Positions 8,077 to 16,470 of a DNA stretch of 41,582 bases are shown here, piece after piece (within the stretch, counting starts at the first letter, position 1; each line of letters starts with the position of its first letter). The notes beneath the pieces were generated by a model. That model searched no databases. It was not told where the DNA came from and saw nothing but the letters and a program-made list of their open reading frames with translations. Origin of the DNA: Armatimonadia bacterium (lineage in GTDB: Bacteria; Armatimonadota; Zipacnadia; Zipacnadales; UBA11051); the NCBI GenBank assembly GCA_039683575.1, contig JBDKRC010000248.1:1-41582 (forward strand), in the 5' to 3' direction. A program made the position numbers and the translations under genes.

Positions 8077-10761
8077 ATGGCAGATCAGAAGTCGTTTTCC
8101 ATCATCATGGCCGCCGGCAAGGGCAACCGCATGAACTGCCCGGGCCAGAACAAGGTCTACCTCGAGATTGACGGTCTGCCTGCTGTCATCAGAGCCCTTG
8201 ACACCTACGAGAGTTGCGGTCTGGGCCACCACATCATCGTCGTCGGTGAGTGTGCCGACCAGGTCATGTCCGTTGTGGGCGAGCGCTTCCCAAACTGCAC
8301 GTTCGCCTACCAGCCAGTTCCGCTGGGCACGGGCAACGCCATCAAAGTAGGGGCCCGCGTCCTGCAAGATGCCGGCTATACCGGTCCCGTCTTCGTTACC
8401 GCCGGCGACAAGTACATCGAGGCAGACGTCGTTCGCGACCTGATCGCCCGCTTTGAGCAGGGCCAGCATGATCTGATGCTGGTCGCGGGCAGGAAGAACG
8501 ACTACCCGACCTCCGGACGGGTGCTTACGGACGACCAGGGTGCCCCCACAGCCATCGTGGAAGTGAGCGAGATACGTCTCTCCCGCGCCCTGCAGGAGAT
8601 TGAACCCCTCCTGGCGGGGCAGAACGTGAAGCCCCAGCCACTGCTCGAGATCATCCAGCGCCACTTCACCAACGAGAAGAAAGCCAAGGTCGCTTTCGGC
8701 GAGCTATGGCACCTCCTGCAGCCCAACGGCGAGGGGCCCGGCCATCCCGGCCTCCCCACCGCCAAGGTCCGCCCGTTGGTGGACAGCCTTCGCCACACGG
8801 TGACGCTCCCGCTGTGGCGCGGTGGCGAGATGACACCCATTCCCGCGTCCGAGGTCGAGGACATGACCGACCTCGCCAACATCTCGGTCTACATGTACAG
8901 CGCCCCGGCGCTATATCACAGCCTCGCCAAACTCGCCCGCGACAACGCGCAGCATGAGGAATTCCTGACCGACACCATCAAAATCCTGGCTTCCGAACGC
9001 AATGACGACGGCACGCCCACGTACCGCCTCGGAACTGTGGTCGTGGACGATCCCGAACTGGTAATGGGCTACAACACGCCAGAAGAGCTGGATACGATCC
9101 GCCAGGTTGTGACCCGTAAGGCAGCGGCGAAGGTTCAGGAGGACCTCCGCGAGTTGCGTCCGGTGAGCCAGTGGCACCACTTCTTTGCCGATGACGGCGC
9201 CGACATGCACCGCTTCATGGATGAGATTTACGGCCCGGACCGCGATCTTCACGCCCGCAAGCGCCAGGAATACCTCCACGCCCTGGAACTCTACCGCTCC
9301 CGCCTCGGCACCGACGATGAAGTGATGCTCATCCGCACTCCCGGACGCATCAACCTCATGGGCCGCCACACCGACCACCGGGGCAGCCGCACCAACATGA
9401 TCGCCATCAGCCAGGAAGTGCTGATGGTAGTGGCGCCGCGCGACGATGACCGTTTCCGCCTGTACAACTCCTCACCTGAAGCCTTTCAGGAAGCCAGCTT
9501 CAGCATCGGCGACGAGATCAGCCGTCTCGACTGGGGTGATTGGCTCGAGACCGTTCGCAGTCCCCGCACCATCGCCATGGTCAGCGACGGCCACTGGGCC
9601 AACTACGTCAAAGCCCCGGCCTTCCGCCTCCAGAAGGAGTTCCCAGATCAGGCGCTCCGTGGCGCGGACATTGTGATCCACGGCACCATCCCCGTTGGCT
9701 CGGGCCTGAGTTCCTCCTCAGCCATGGTCGTGGGTGCTGCCGAGGCTCTGATCGCGATCAATAGCCTTCCCGTCCGCCCCGCCGCCATGGTAGACCTCTG
9801 CGGCGAGGGAGAGTGGTTTGTCGGCACGCGTGGCGGCTCCAGCGACCATGCGGCGATCAAATTCGCACGCCGCGGCCAGGTCGCCCATGTCTCCTTCTTC
9901 CCCTTTGCTGTCCAGGGATTTGCCCCGTTCTTCGAGGACCACTCGCTCATCGTCTGCAATTCAGGCATTCAGGCCAAGAAGGCCCAGGGCGCCCGCCAGA
10001 CCTACAACAGCAAGGTCTTGGGCTATGTCATAGGCGAGTTGCTCTTCAGGCGCTTCAACCCCCAGTTCGCCGACCGGATCGAGCACCTGCGCGACCTCAA
10101 CTGCGAGAATCTGGGCATCGGCCTGGCCGACCTGTACGGTCTCCTGCGCAAGCTCCCGCTGCGGATGACCGAGCAGGAGTTGGACGGCCAGTATGGCCCG
10201 TTCGACCCGGCTGACGAAGACAAGCTCCGCAGCATCTTCTCCGGTCTCAGTGACCGCTCAGCGGCTTTTGACGTCCGCCCGCTGGTGATCTACGGTCTGG
10301 CCGAATGCGAGCGCAGCAAGCTCTGTTTCGACGTCCTGCAGCGTGGGGATGCTGAGGCACTCGGGCAGTTGTGGAATCTCTCCCACGACGGTGACCGCGT
10401 GGTCAGCCATGATACCAACTGGCGTCAGACGCCCTTTGCCGGCGACTGCTCGGACGAATACCTCGACCGTCTCGTCGCAGACCTGGAAAGCTCCGATCCT
10501 GCCCGGCAGGAGGCTGCCCAGTTGTACCGGCAGGTGGGCTGCTACGCCTGCAGTACTCCTGAGATAGATCTCATCGTCGACACAGCGCTCCGCACCCCCG
10601 GCGTCAAGGGTGCTCAGATCTCCGGAGCCGGCCTCGGTGGGTGCGTTATGATCCTCGCAGAGAACAGTAGCCGCGACGCAGCCGTCAGAACCTTTAGAAC
10701 AAGAAGCTTGGATACCGAGATTCAGGCTCCGGTGGCCGGTTCGGGCCTGGTCCGAGCGTGA
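8077..10761 (+). CDS. Bifunctional sugar-1-phosphate nucleotidyltransferase (GlmU-N-like) / GHMP sugar kinase (galactokinase-like) fusion
   Basis: N-terminal half: IMAAGKGNRM...K, PLGTGNA, NAQHEEFLTD, MGYNT. C-terminal half: PGRINLMGRHTDH, IPVGSGLSSSSA, GAQISGAGLGGC. Start ATG 8077. Confidence 0.88.
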   Translation: MADQKSFSIIMAAGKGNRMNCPGQNKVYLEIDGLPAVIRALDTYESCGLGHHIIVVGECADQVMSVVGERFPNCTFAYQPVPLGTGNAIKVGARVLQDAGYTGPVFVTAGDKYIEADVVRDLIARFEQGQHDLMLVAGRKNDYPTSGRVLTDDQGAPTAIVEVSEIRLSRALQEIEPLLAGQNVKPQPLLEIIQRHFTNEKKAKVAFGELWHLLQPNGEGPGHPGLPTAKVRPLVDSLRHTVTLPLWRGGEMTPIPASEVEDMTDLANISVYMYSAPALYHSLAKLARDNAQHEEFLTDTIKILASERNDDGTPTYRLGTVVVDDPELVMGYNTPEELDTIRQVVTRKAAAKVQEDLRELRPVSQWHHFFADDGADMHRFMDEIYGPDRDLHARKRQEYLHALELYRSRLGTDDEVMLIRTPGRINLMGRHTDHRGSRTNMIAISQEVLMVVAPRDDDRFRLYNSSPEAFQEASFSIGDEISRLDWGDWLETVRSPRTIAMVSDGHWANYVKAPAFRLQKEFPDQALRGADIVIHGTIPVGSGLSSSSAMVVGAAEALIAINSLPVRPAAMVDLCGEGEWFVGTRGGSSDHAAIKFARRGQVAHVSFFPFAVQGFAPFFEDHSLIVCNSGIQAKKAQGARQTYNSKVLGYVIGELLFRRFNPQFADRIEHLRDLNCENLGIGLADLYGLLRKLPLRMTEQELDGQYGPFDPADEDKLRSIFSGLSDRSAAFDVRPLVIYGLAECERSKLCFDVLQRGDAEALGQLWNLSHDGDRVVSHDTNWRQTPFAGDCSDEYLDRLVADLESSDPARQEAAQLYRQVGCYACSTPEIDLIVDTALRTPGVKGAQISGAGLGGCVMILAENSSRDAAVRTFRTRSLDTEIQAPVAGSGLVRA

Positions 10762-10769
10762 ACATATCC

Positions 10770-10849
10770 TGAGCGCGTGGTAGGCATACTCCACATGCTG
10801 GAACCCGCGTGGTGAGCCCGGCATACGGAATATGCCTACCACGCGCTCA
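10770..10849. repeat. REPIN-like inverted pair of GTAG REPs
   Basis: 32-bp arms TGAGCGCGTGGTAGGCATACTCCACATGCTGG and CCGGCATACGGAATATGCCTACCACGCGCTCA (4 mismatches) around a 16-nt loop. Confidence 0.8.
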
Positions 10850-10898
10850 ACAAGTGCGGCTATCGACTTCAATTATTTCGCTCGAACTGGTGGATGTG

Positions 10899-12224
10899 GT
10901 GGAAGCACAGCTAGAGGCACTATCGGAGCAGGAATACCTGCTCCAGCAATACAAGCTCCTCTCCCGGCAACTCGGTGAGGCCAAACGTGCAGGGCGTGAC
11001 CTCGCGCCCCTCAAGGCTGAGCACAAGCGCGTCTACGACCGACTGCAGGAGCTCGCCCCCCGCAAGGTACGCTCCAACCACGCTCCCGCTCCGCAGCTAC
11101 GCACCGAGGTCGTTACGGCCCCGGCCGACCTTCAGGCTCTCCGTCAGGAGTGGGACGACCTCCTGGCCCGCGCTGACAACTACTCTCCCTTCCTCACCTG
11201 GGAATGGTGGTGGCCCTGGGTCCGGCACTTCGGCCACCTTCACCAACCCTACCTCATACTCGCACGCGATCAGGACAACCGGCTCCTCGGCGGCCTTCCG
11301 CTCGCCCTCATGTCCGATAAGCTGCTCGGGTTCATGGGCTCGCGCAGTGGCCCGGATCCCGCCCACCTCGGCGTGCCACTTCATGCTTCCCACCGTACCG
11401 AAGCCCTGCAGGCGCTGATGGAGCGGGTTGCAGCCGACTGCGGCAAGCACTTCCCCGCCTGGCGCTGGGACCAATGCGCCGTGGATGGGCAACTCGGGGA
11501 CATCCTCTCCGCCGCTGCCCGCGCGGGCCTGCAGGCCAATCTTCAGGTCAAGCGACACTACGTCCACGGCGACCTTCCCGACACCTTTGACGCCTACGTC
11601 AGCAACGTTCCCAACAAGAATCGCCGCAACTACCTGCGCAACCAGTTCGAGCGCTTGGAGCGCGAATGGGCACGCCCGGTTCTGCGCGTGTTCACGGAGG
11701 CCTCCCACGAGACTGTTGACACCATCGCGCAGATGGCCCAGTACAACATCAGACGCCGCCAAACCCTCGGCGACTACAGCCGGTGGAACGCACCTGCCTT
11801 CAGCGACTGCCTCGACGACGTCATCCAGCTTTTCTCCGAACGCAACTGGCTTCGTCTCTACACCCTCACCATCGAGGGCCGTCTGGCCGCCGCCCTCCTC
11901 GGCTGGGCCTACCGAGGCACCTTCTTCGCCTACCAGATCGGCGAGACCGACGAGCATCCCGATCTGGGGCTCGGCCAATGCGTCATCAGCTACGCCATCA
12001 AGGGCAGCATCGAAGAAGGCCTCAAGCGCTTCGAGTTTCTCGGCGAAGCCCACCCGTTCAAGCAGACCTACTTCCCCGGCCTTACCGGCGCCGCCACAGT
12101 GCTGCTCGGCCGGGATGATTGCGCCTACTGGTCACGGTTAGGCTGGTCGAGCCTGCGCCGCGCGGTAGGCAGGAGACTGCGCAGGGCGGGCGTTTGGCCC
12201 GTCTCCAGCCACCAATCTTCGTAG
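10899..12224 (+). CDS. CelD/BcsL-type GNAT (Acetyltransf_6/FemAB-like fold) with an N-terminal SerRS-arm-like coiled coil
   Basis: EWDDLL...SPFLTWEWW..W, LP.TFD.Y, WLRLY.L...G...A, Y.IG, LG, G...FEFL.....K. The track start 10809 lies inside a REP, so GTG 10899 (or 10890) is more likely. Confidence 0.82.
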   Translation: MEAQLEALSEQEYLLQQYKLLSRQLGEAKRAGRDLAPLKAEHKRVYDRLQELAPRKVRSNHAPAPQLRTEVVTAPADLQALRQEWDDLLARADNYSPFLTWEWWWPWVRHFGHLHQPYLILARDQDNRLLGGLPLALMSDKLLGFMGSRSGPDPAHLGVPLHASHRTEALQALMERVAADCGKHFPAWRWDQCAVDGQLGDILSAAARAGLQANLQVKRHYVHGDLPDTFDAYVSNVPNKNRRNYLRNQFERLEREWARPVLRVFTEASHETVDTIAQMAQYNIRRRQTLGDYSRWNAPAFSDCLDDVIQLFSERNWLRLYTLTIEGRLAAALLGWAYRGTFFAYQIGETDEHPDLGLGQCVISYAIKGSIEEGLKRFEFLGEAHPFKQTYFPGLTGAATVLLGRDDCAYWSRLGWSSLRRAVGRRLRRAGVWPVSSHQSS

Positions 12225-12243
12225 GACGGGCGTCTCGCCCGTC
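12221..12243 (+). repeat. GTAG-type REP overlapping the GNAT stop codon
   Basis: GTAG-GACGGGCG-tct-CGCCCGTC. The TAG of the tetranucleotide is the stop codon at 12222-12224. Confidence 0.65.
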
Positions 12244-12267
12244 TCCGCCAAGCAGAGCGAGAACACC

Positions 12268-13299
12268 ATGCCCCCAAACTTCTTGATCACAATCGACACC
12301 GAAGCCGACGACGAGTGGCATGACGAGGGTGACCGCACCTACGCCAACATCCAGGCCCTCCCGCGCTTGCAGGACCTATGCGACCGCCACGGGCTCAAGC
12401 CCACCTATCTCGTGACCTACGATGTCACCGCTGACGACCCGTCACGGGAGACCCTGCAAACCCTGAGCTGCGCAGACAACTGCGAAGTCGGCGCCCATCT
12501 GCACGCCTGGTCCACACCACCGCACTACGACCTCATGCCCGGCATCTTCCAGCACAGCCCCTACCTGCACGAATTCCCGCCGGGCATACAGGCCGCCAAA
12601 CTGGACTCGCTCACCAGTACCCTAAGTGACGCTTTCGGAAAGCCGAAATCCTATCGGGGCGGACGCTGGAGCTTCGACAGCCTGGCTGCCAGCATGCTAA
12701 TCGAGCGCGGCTATGTTGTAGACACCAGCGTAACGCCCGGCATCAGTTGGCGAATCAACGGTGGTTACGAACCGGGCTCCGGTGGCCCCGACTTCAGCCG
12801 GGAGACTGTGCGCCCGTACCGTCTCGTACTCGATGGCCAGGAACTCGTCGAGGCCCCTGTCTCTATCGCCGCTACCGGGGCCCTACGGCGGCTCGCCCAC
12901 AGCCCCTTTGACAGCCTCGGCGCCCTTGGAGCGCTCTGCCGCCGCGGGCTGCACAAGACCGGCCTTTGCCGTATGGTCTGGTTGCGCCCCGGCTTCAGTT
13001 CGACCGACGAAATGCACTGGGTCTGCGACGAGCTATGGCGTCAGGGGGTACCGCTGCTAAACCTCATGTTCCACTCCAGCGAGTTGATCCCCCGCGGCTC
13101 ACCGCGCGTCCGAACGCAGTCTGCTGCCGACGAAATCTGGGCCAGCCTCGACAGCGTCTTCGACTACGTGACCAACCATGTTGGGGCCCAATCGGTCACA
13201 CTGACCTCGTGGGCCCGCGACTGGCAGGAGCAGCACCGCTCCGCCGCACCGGCCCCTGTCACCCCGGCAACGCTAAGGGAGGCGCCAACACATGGCTGA
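12268..13299 (+). CDS. Polysaccharide deacetylase (CE4/NodB superfamily, WalW-like)
   Basis: ITIDTEAD, PTYLV, EVGAHLH.W.TPP, SYRGGRW, VDTSVTP, FHSSEL.P.GSP. Confidence 0.85.
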   Translation: MPPNFLITIDTEADDEWHDEGDRTYANIQALPRLQDLCDRHGLKPTYLVTYDVTADDPSRETLQTLSCADNCEVGAHLHAWSTPPHYDLMPGIFQHSPYLHEFPPGIQAAKLDSLTSTLSDAFGKPKSYRGGRWSFDSLAASMLIERGYVVDTSVTPGISWRINGGYEPGSGGPDFSRETVRPYRLVLDGQELVEAPVSIAATGALRRLAHSPFDSLGALGALCRRGLHKTGLCRMVWLRPGFSSTDEMHWVCDELWRQGVPLLNLMFHSSELIPRGSPRVRTQSAADEIWASLDSVFDYVTNHVGAQSVTLTSWARDWQEQHRSAAPAPVTPATLREAPTHG

Positions 13300-14440
13300 T
13301 CGCACCAATCCGCGCCTCGGCCTCATCGCCCTTAACAGCGGCGTGCCGCATCTTCTCGGTCTCGTCGATGACGGCGCCGTCGGCGGCTTCGCCGTTGGTG
13401 GCATCGAGGTCCAGGTACTGACGCTGGCGAGGGCACTGGCCGCGAGGGGCTGGGACATCACGATCCTGGCGGGGGACTGGGGCCAACCCGACGAGGCGCT
13501 GACCGATGACGGCCTCAGGGTCATCAAAGCGTGCCAGAAGCGCCGTTCCCGGCTTGGCAAAGCCCAGACGGCCCTGGAGCTTATCGGCAGCATTGGAAGC
13601 CTGCCTGTGGACATCCTGATGCTTCAGGGGATACATCCTGCGGTGGGCGTCTCGTCCTTTGTCAGCCATCGCACCGGCAAACGCTTCGTCTTCTGGCTGG
13701 CCAGCAACACCGATGCCACCTGTACCCACCGCAAGACCTCCCGCCTGCCCCTGGGCCAGCGCACCTGTGCCGGCTATGGTGTCCGCCATGCCGACGCGGT
13801 TGTGACCCAGACCACCCACCAGCGCGACCTCGTGCGCCAGAACTTCCGCCGCGACAGCGTCGTGATCCCCAATGCCTGGCCCGTGGACGTCCTCAAGCCC
13901 GGCCGCGCCGATCGCCCCACCGCTCTCTGGGTGGCCAACCTCCGCTGGGAGAAGCGCCCGGAGATGGTTTTGGAGCTAGCCCAGGCCGCCCCGGAGATCA
14001 ACTTCCTGATGGTGGGCGGTCCCATGCCGGGCAACGACGCGCTCTACCAGCATATCGTCTCCGAGCAGCACAACTACCCGAATTTCGAGTACGCCGGGTT
14101 CGTCCCGTTCAGCGACGTCGGCCGCTACTTCGAGCAGGCGGACGTCTTCATCAACACCTCGGTGGTTGAGGGTTTCCCAAACACGTTCCTGCAGGCCTGG
14201 GATGCCCAGTTGCCCATAGTAGCCACCTTCGATCCTGACAGCGTCCTGAGCCGGGAGAAGCTCGGCTACCACTGCACGGAAGTCCCAGTCTTCGCCGATA
14301 AGCTCCGCCAGCTAATGGCGAACCCCGAAGAGCGCCAGGCGCTCGGTGGCCGTGCAAAGCAGTATCTGCGCGACAACTTCTCGATGGAGGTCGTGGTCCC
14401 GCGGCTAGAAACCCTCCTCCGCGAGGTAGCCAGCCGCTGA
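13292..14440 (+). CDS. GT4 glycosyltransferase
   Basis: GGIEVQ, VIPN, WVANLR.EKRP, FINTS..EGFPNTFLQAW. Confidence 0.9.
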   Translation: MADRTNPRLGLIALNSGVPHLLGLVDDGAVGGFAVGGIEVQVLTLARALAARGWDITILAGDWGQPDEALTDDGLRVIKACQKRRSRLGKAQTALELIGSIGSLPVDILMLQGIHPAVGVSSFVSHRTGKRFVFWLASNTDATCTHRKTSRLPLGQRTCAGYGVRHADAVVTQTTHQRDLVRQNFRRDSVVIPNAWPVDVLKPGRADRPTALWVANLRWEKRPEMVLELAQAAPEINFLMVGGPMPGNDALYQHIVSEQHNYPNFEYAGFVPFSDVGRYFEQADVFINTSVVEGFPNTFLQAWDAQLPIVATFDPDSVLSREKLGYHCTEVPVFADKLRQLMANPEERQALGGRAKQYLRDNFSMEVVVPRLETLLREVASR

Positions 14441-14449
14441 GCCGGCGTC

Positions 14450-14620
14450 GTACGAGCGGCTTCCAGCCGCGAGATCACGCCGAGATAGCCCGGCTTCCAG
14501 CCGGGCGAGCCATGCACGCCGGGATGCTTCATCGACTCGACCAAGGTGCTGCAAACAGATCTGCGGGGCTGGCAGCCCCACTTCACTGGCATCGCGCTCG
14601 CGGTCGGAAGACGCTCGTAC
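14450..14620. repeat. Composite REPIN/MITE-like element
   Basis: 24-bp terminal inverted repeats GTACGAGCGGCTTCCAGCCGCGAG and CTCGCGGTCGGAAGACGCTCGTAC (3 mismatches). They enclose further hairpins: TAGCCCGGCTTCCAGCCGGGC at 14486-14506 and GCGGGGCTGGCAGCCCCA at 14563-14580. Confidence 0.75.
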
Positions 14621-14670
14621 AGCTCAGAACCGTCCTGCGCACGCGCCGTTGGCCCAAACAGGTAACCACC

Positions 14671-15243
14671 ATGTTCAGCATCTTGAGCCGCGACATCGCC
14701 CGCCACGTGCCCGAGAATGCCAACTGGCTCTCTCGCCTCGGCTTCTGTCTCGGCGCTCCCGCCGCCTGGGCCATCATCAACTACCGCTTCGGCAGTGGCC
14801 TTGAGAAACGCCGACTGCCCAAGCCGATCAAGCTCGTACCCTGGTTCTTCTACCGGGTTGCCAAGCTCGGCGTGGAGATCACCTCCAACATCCATCTGCC
14901 CGCCAAGGCCGAAATCGGTCCCGGACTGTACATCGGCCACTTTGGCCCGGTTTTTGTCTCCAAGCACGCGCGCCTCGGCGAGTCCTGCAACATCTCCCAG
15001 GGCGTCACCATCGGCGTAGCGGGCCGCGGCGAGAACCGCGGCGCGCCAACCTTCGGCGATCGCGTCTACATCGGCGCGGGCGCCAAGGTCATCGGCAAGA
15101 TAAACGTCGGCAGCAACGTCGCCATCGGCGCGAACGCCGTGGTCACCAAAGACGTCCCTGACAACGCCGTAGTAGCGGGCGTACCGGCCAAGATCCTGAA
15201 CTACAACGGCAGCGGTGACTTCGTCCACGATCACGCGCAGTAG
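14671..15243 (+). CDS. Serine O-acetyltransferase-like (CysE/WcaB-type left-handed beta-helix) acyltransferase
   Basis: IGPGLYIGH, ISQGVTIG, P.FGDRVYIGAGAKVIG.I.VG.NV.IGANAVVTKDVP....AGVPAK. Real start is ATG 14671; the track extension is REP-derived. Confidence 0.88.
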   Translation: MFSILSRDIARHVPENANWLSRLGFCLGAPAAWAIINYRFGSGLEKRRLPKPIKLVPWFFYRVAKLGVEITSNIHLPAKAEIGPGLYIGHFGPVFVSKHARLGESCNISQGVTIGVAGRGENRGAPTFGDRVYIGAGAKVIGKINVGSNVAIGANAVVTKDVPDNAVVAGVPAKILNYNGSGDFVHDHAQ

Positions 15244-15261
15244 CCCACGGCCTCTTCTGCT

Positions 15262-15286
15262 GTAGGGCGGGGGCTCGTACCCCGCC
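15262..15286 (+). repeat. GTAG-type REP, same family as the 24185-24347 array
   Basis: GTAG-GGCGGGG-gctcgta-CCCCGCC. Confidence 0.7.
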
Positions 15287-15318
15287 GGCCTTCATCTACG
15301 ACCATCAATAGCACTCAT

Positions 15319-16470
15319 ATGACCAAACCGAAATCAATCGCCATCATCGCCCATTCCCCCCGCACCGTCCGCATCGCCCTCGGCGACACCAGTGTCGAGG
15401 CCGGCGGCGCCGAGCTTCAACTCGCCTGGACCGCCCAACTCCTGCGCGATCGCGATTGGAGTGTCTCGTTCGTCATGCCTGTCACCGGGGAAGCCCCGCC
15501 CACCGGCGAGGGGTCTGGCTTCGAGGTCGTTCCTGCGCACCATCCGGGGCGCGGACGCGGCCCCCTTGGCTATCTCTCCTGCACTGTTCGCGATTACTGG
15601 CGCGCCCTCGGCCAGGCCAACGCCTCCGTCTACCTCCACCGTGGCGCCACCGGAATGGCTGGCTGGACTGCCCTGCACTGCCGGCTCACTGGCAGCCATC
15701 CCGTGCTCAGCGCCGCCTCCAATCTTGACGTAGCCCCGGACTTGCACGGCCAAAGCGGCGAAGCCTGCCCTTCGCGCCTGAACCAAGCCCTGTACCGCTA
15801 CTTCCTAAGTCGCTGTGAGCGCGTCTTCGTGCAATCACCAGAGCAGGCGCAACTCTACCGGGAGCGCTCCGGCAAGGATGCCGTCGAGATGCCCAATATC
15901 GCCGACATCCCCGCCTTGGTCCCCGCAAAGTCCCCCACGCCCCTCATCGCCTGGGCAGGGGCCATTCGCAAGTGTAAGCGTCCCCTGTGGGTCATCGACA
16001 TGGCCCGTCTACTCCCGGAGGTCCGCTTCGCCGTCGCCGGTGGCCCCAATCCCGGCGAGGAGCCGCTTTGGGAGCAACTGCAGGAAGCAGCCGCCGACAC
16101 TCCCAATGTTGACCTTCTCGGCTGGCTTAAGGTCGCCGAAGTCGAAGACCTCATCGGCCGCGCCTGGGCCTGCCTGTGCACTTCGCAGATGGAAGGGTTT
16201 CCCAACGTCTACCTCATGGCCTGGGGCCGCGAAACCCCGTTGATCACAAGCTTCCCCGCCGGCGGACTGGCCGAGCGCAGTGGCGCGAGCTTCATTGGCG
16301 ACAGCCCCGCGGCCCTCGCCGACGCCGCCCGTCGCCTGGTTGCCGAAGAGCCCCTGCGGCGCAACATGGGCCACACTGGTCGCCAGTATGCCCTCTCCAA
16401 CCACAGCCGCGACGCCGTCGGCGACCGCTATGATGCTTCACTCTCCGCAATGCTGGGAGCCTCTGCATGA
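15319..16470 (+). CDS. GT4 glycosyltransferase (paralog of 13292-14440)
   Basis: GGAELQ, W.G.IR.CKRP, TS..EGFPNVYL.AW. Confidence 0.88.
   Translation: MTKPKSIAIIAHSPRTVRIALGDTSVEAGGAELQLAWTAQLLRDRDWSVSFVMPVTGEAPPTGEGSGFEVVPAHHPGRGRGPLGYLSCTVRDYWRALGQANASVYLHRGATGMAGWTALHCRLTGSHPVLSAASNLDVAPDLHGQSGEACPSRLNQALYRYFLSRCERVFVQSPEQAQLYRERSGKDAVEMPNIADIPALVPAKSPTPLIAWAGAIRKCKRPLWVIDMARLLPEVRFAVAGGPNPGEEPLWEQLQEAAADTPNVDLLGWLKVAEVEDLIGRAWACLCTSQMEGFPNVYLMAWGRETPLITSFPAGGLAERSGASFIGDSPAALADAARRLVAEEPLRRNMGHTGRQYALSNHSRDAVGDRYDASLSAMLGASA

Noticed and set aside
10809-10898. N-terminal extensions given by the ORF track (10809, 14512, 21016, 25512, 30809)
   Set aside because: They run through REP or promoter DNA. 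RBS position, signal peptides and domain starts support the later start codons.
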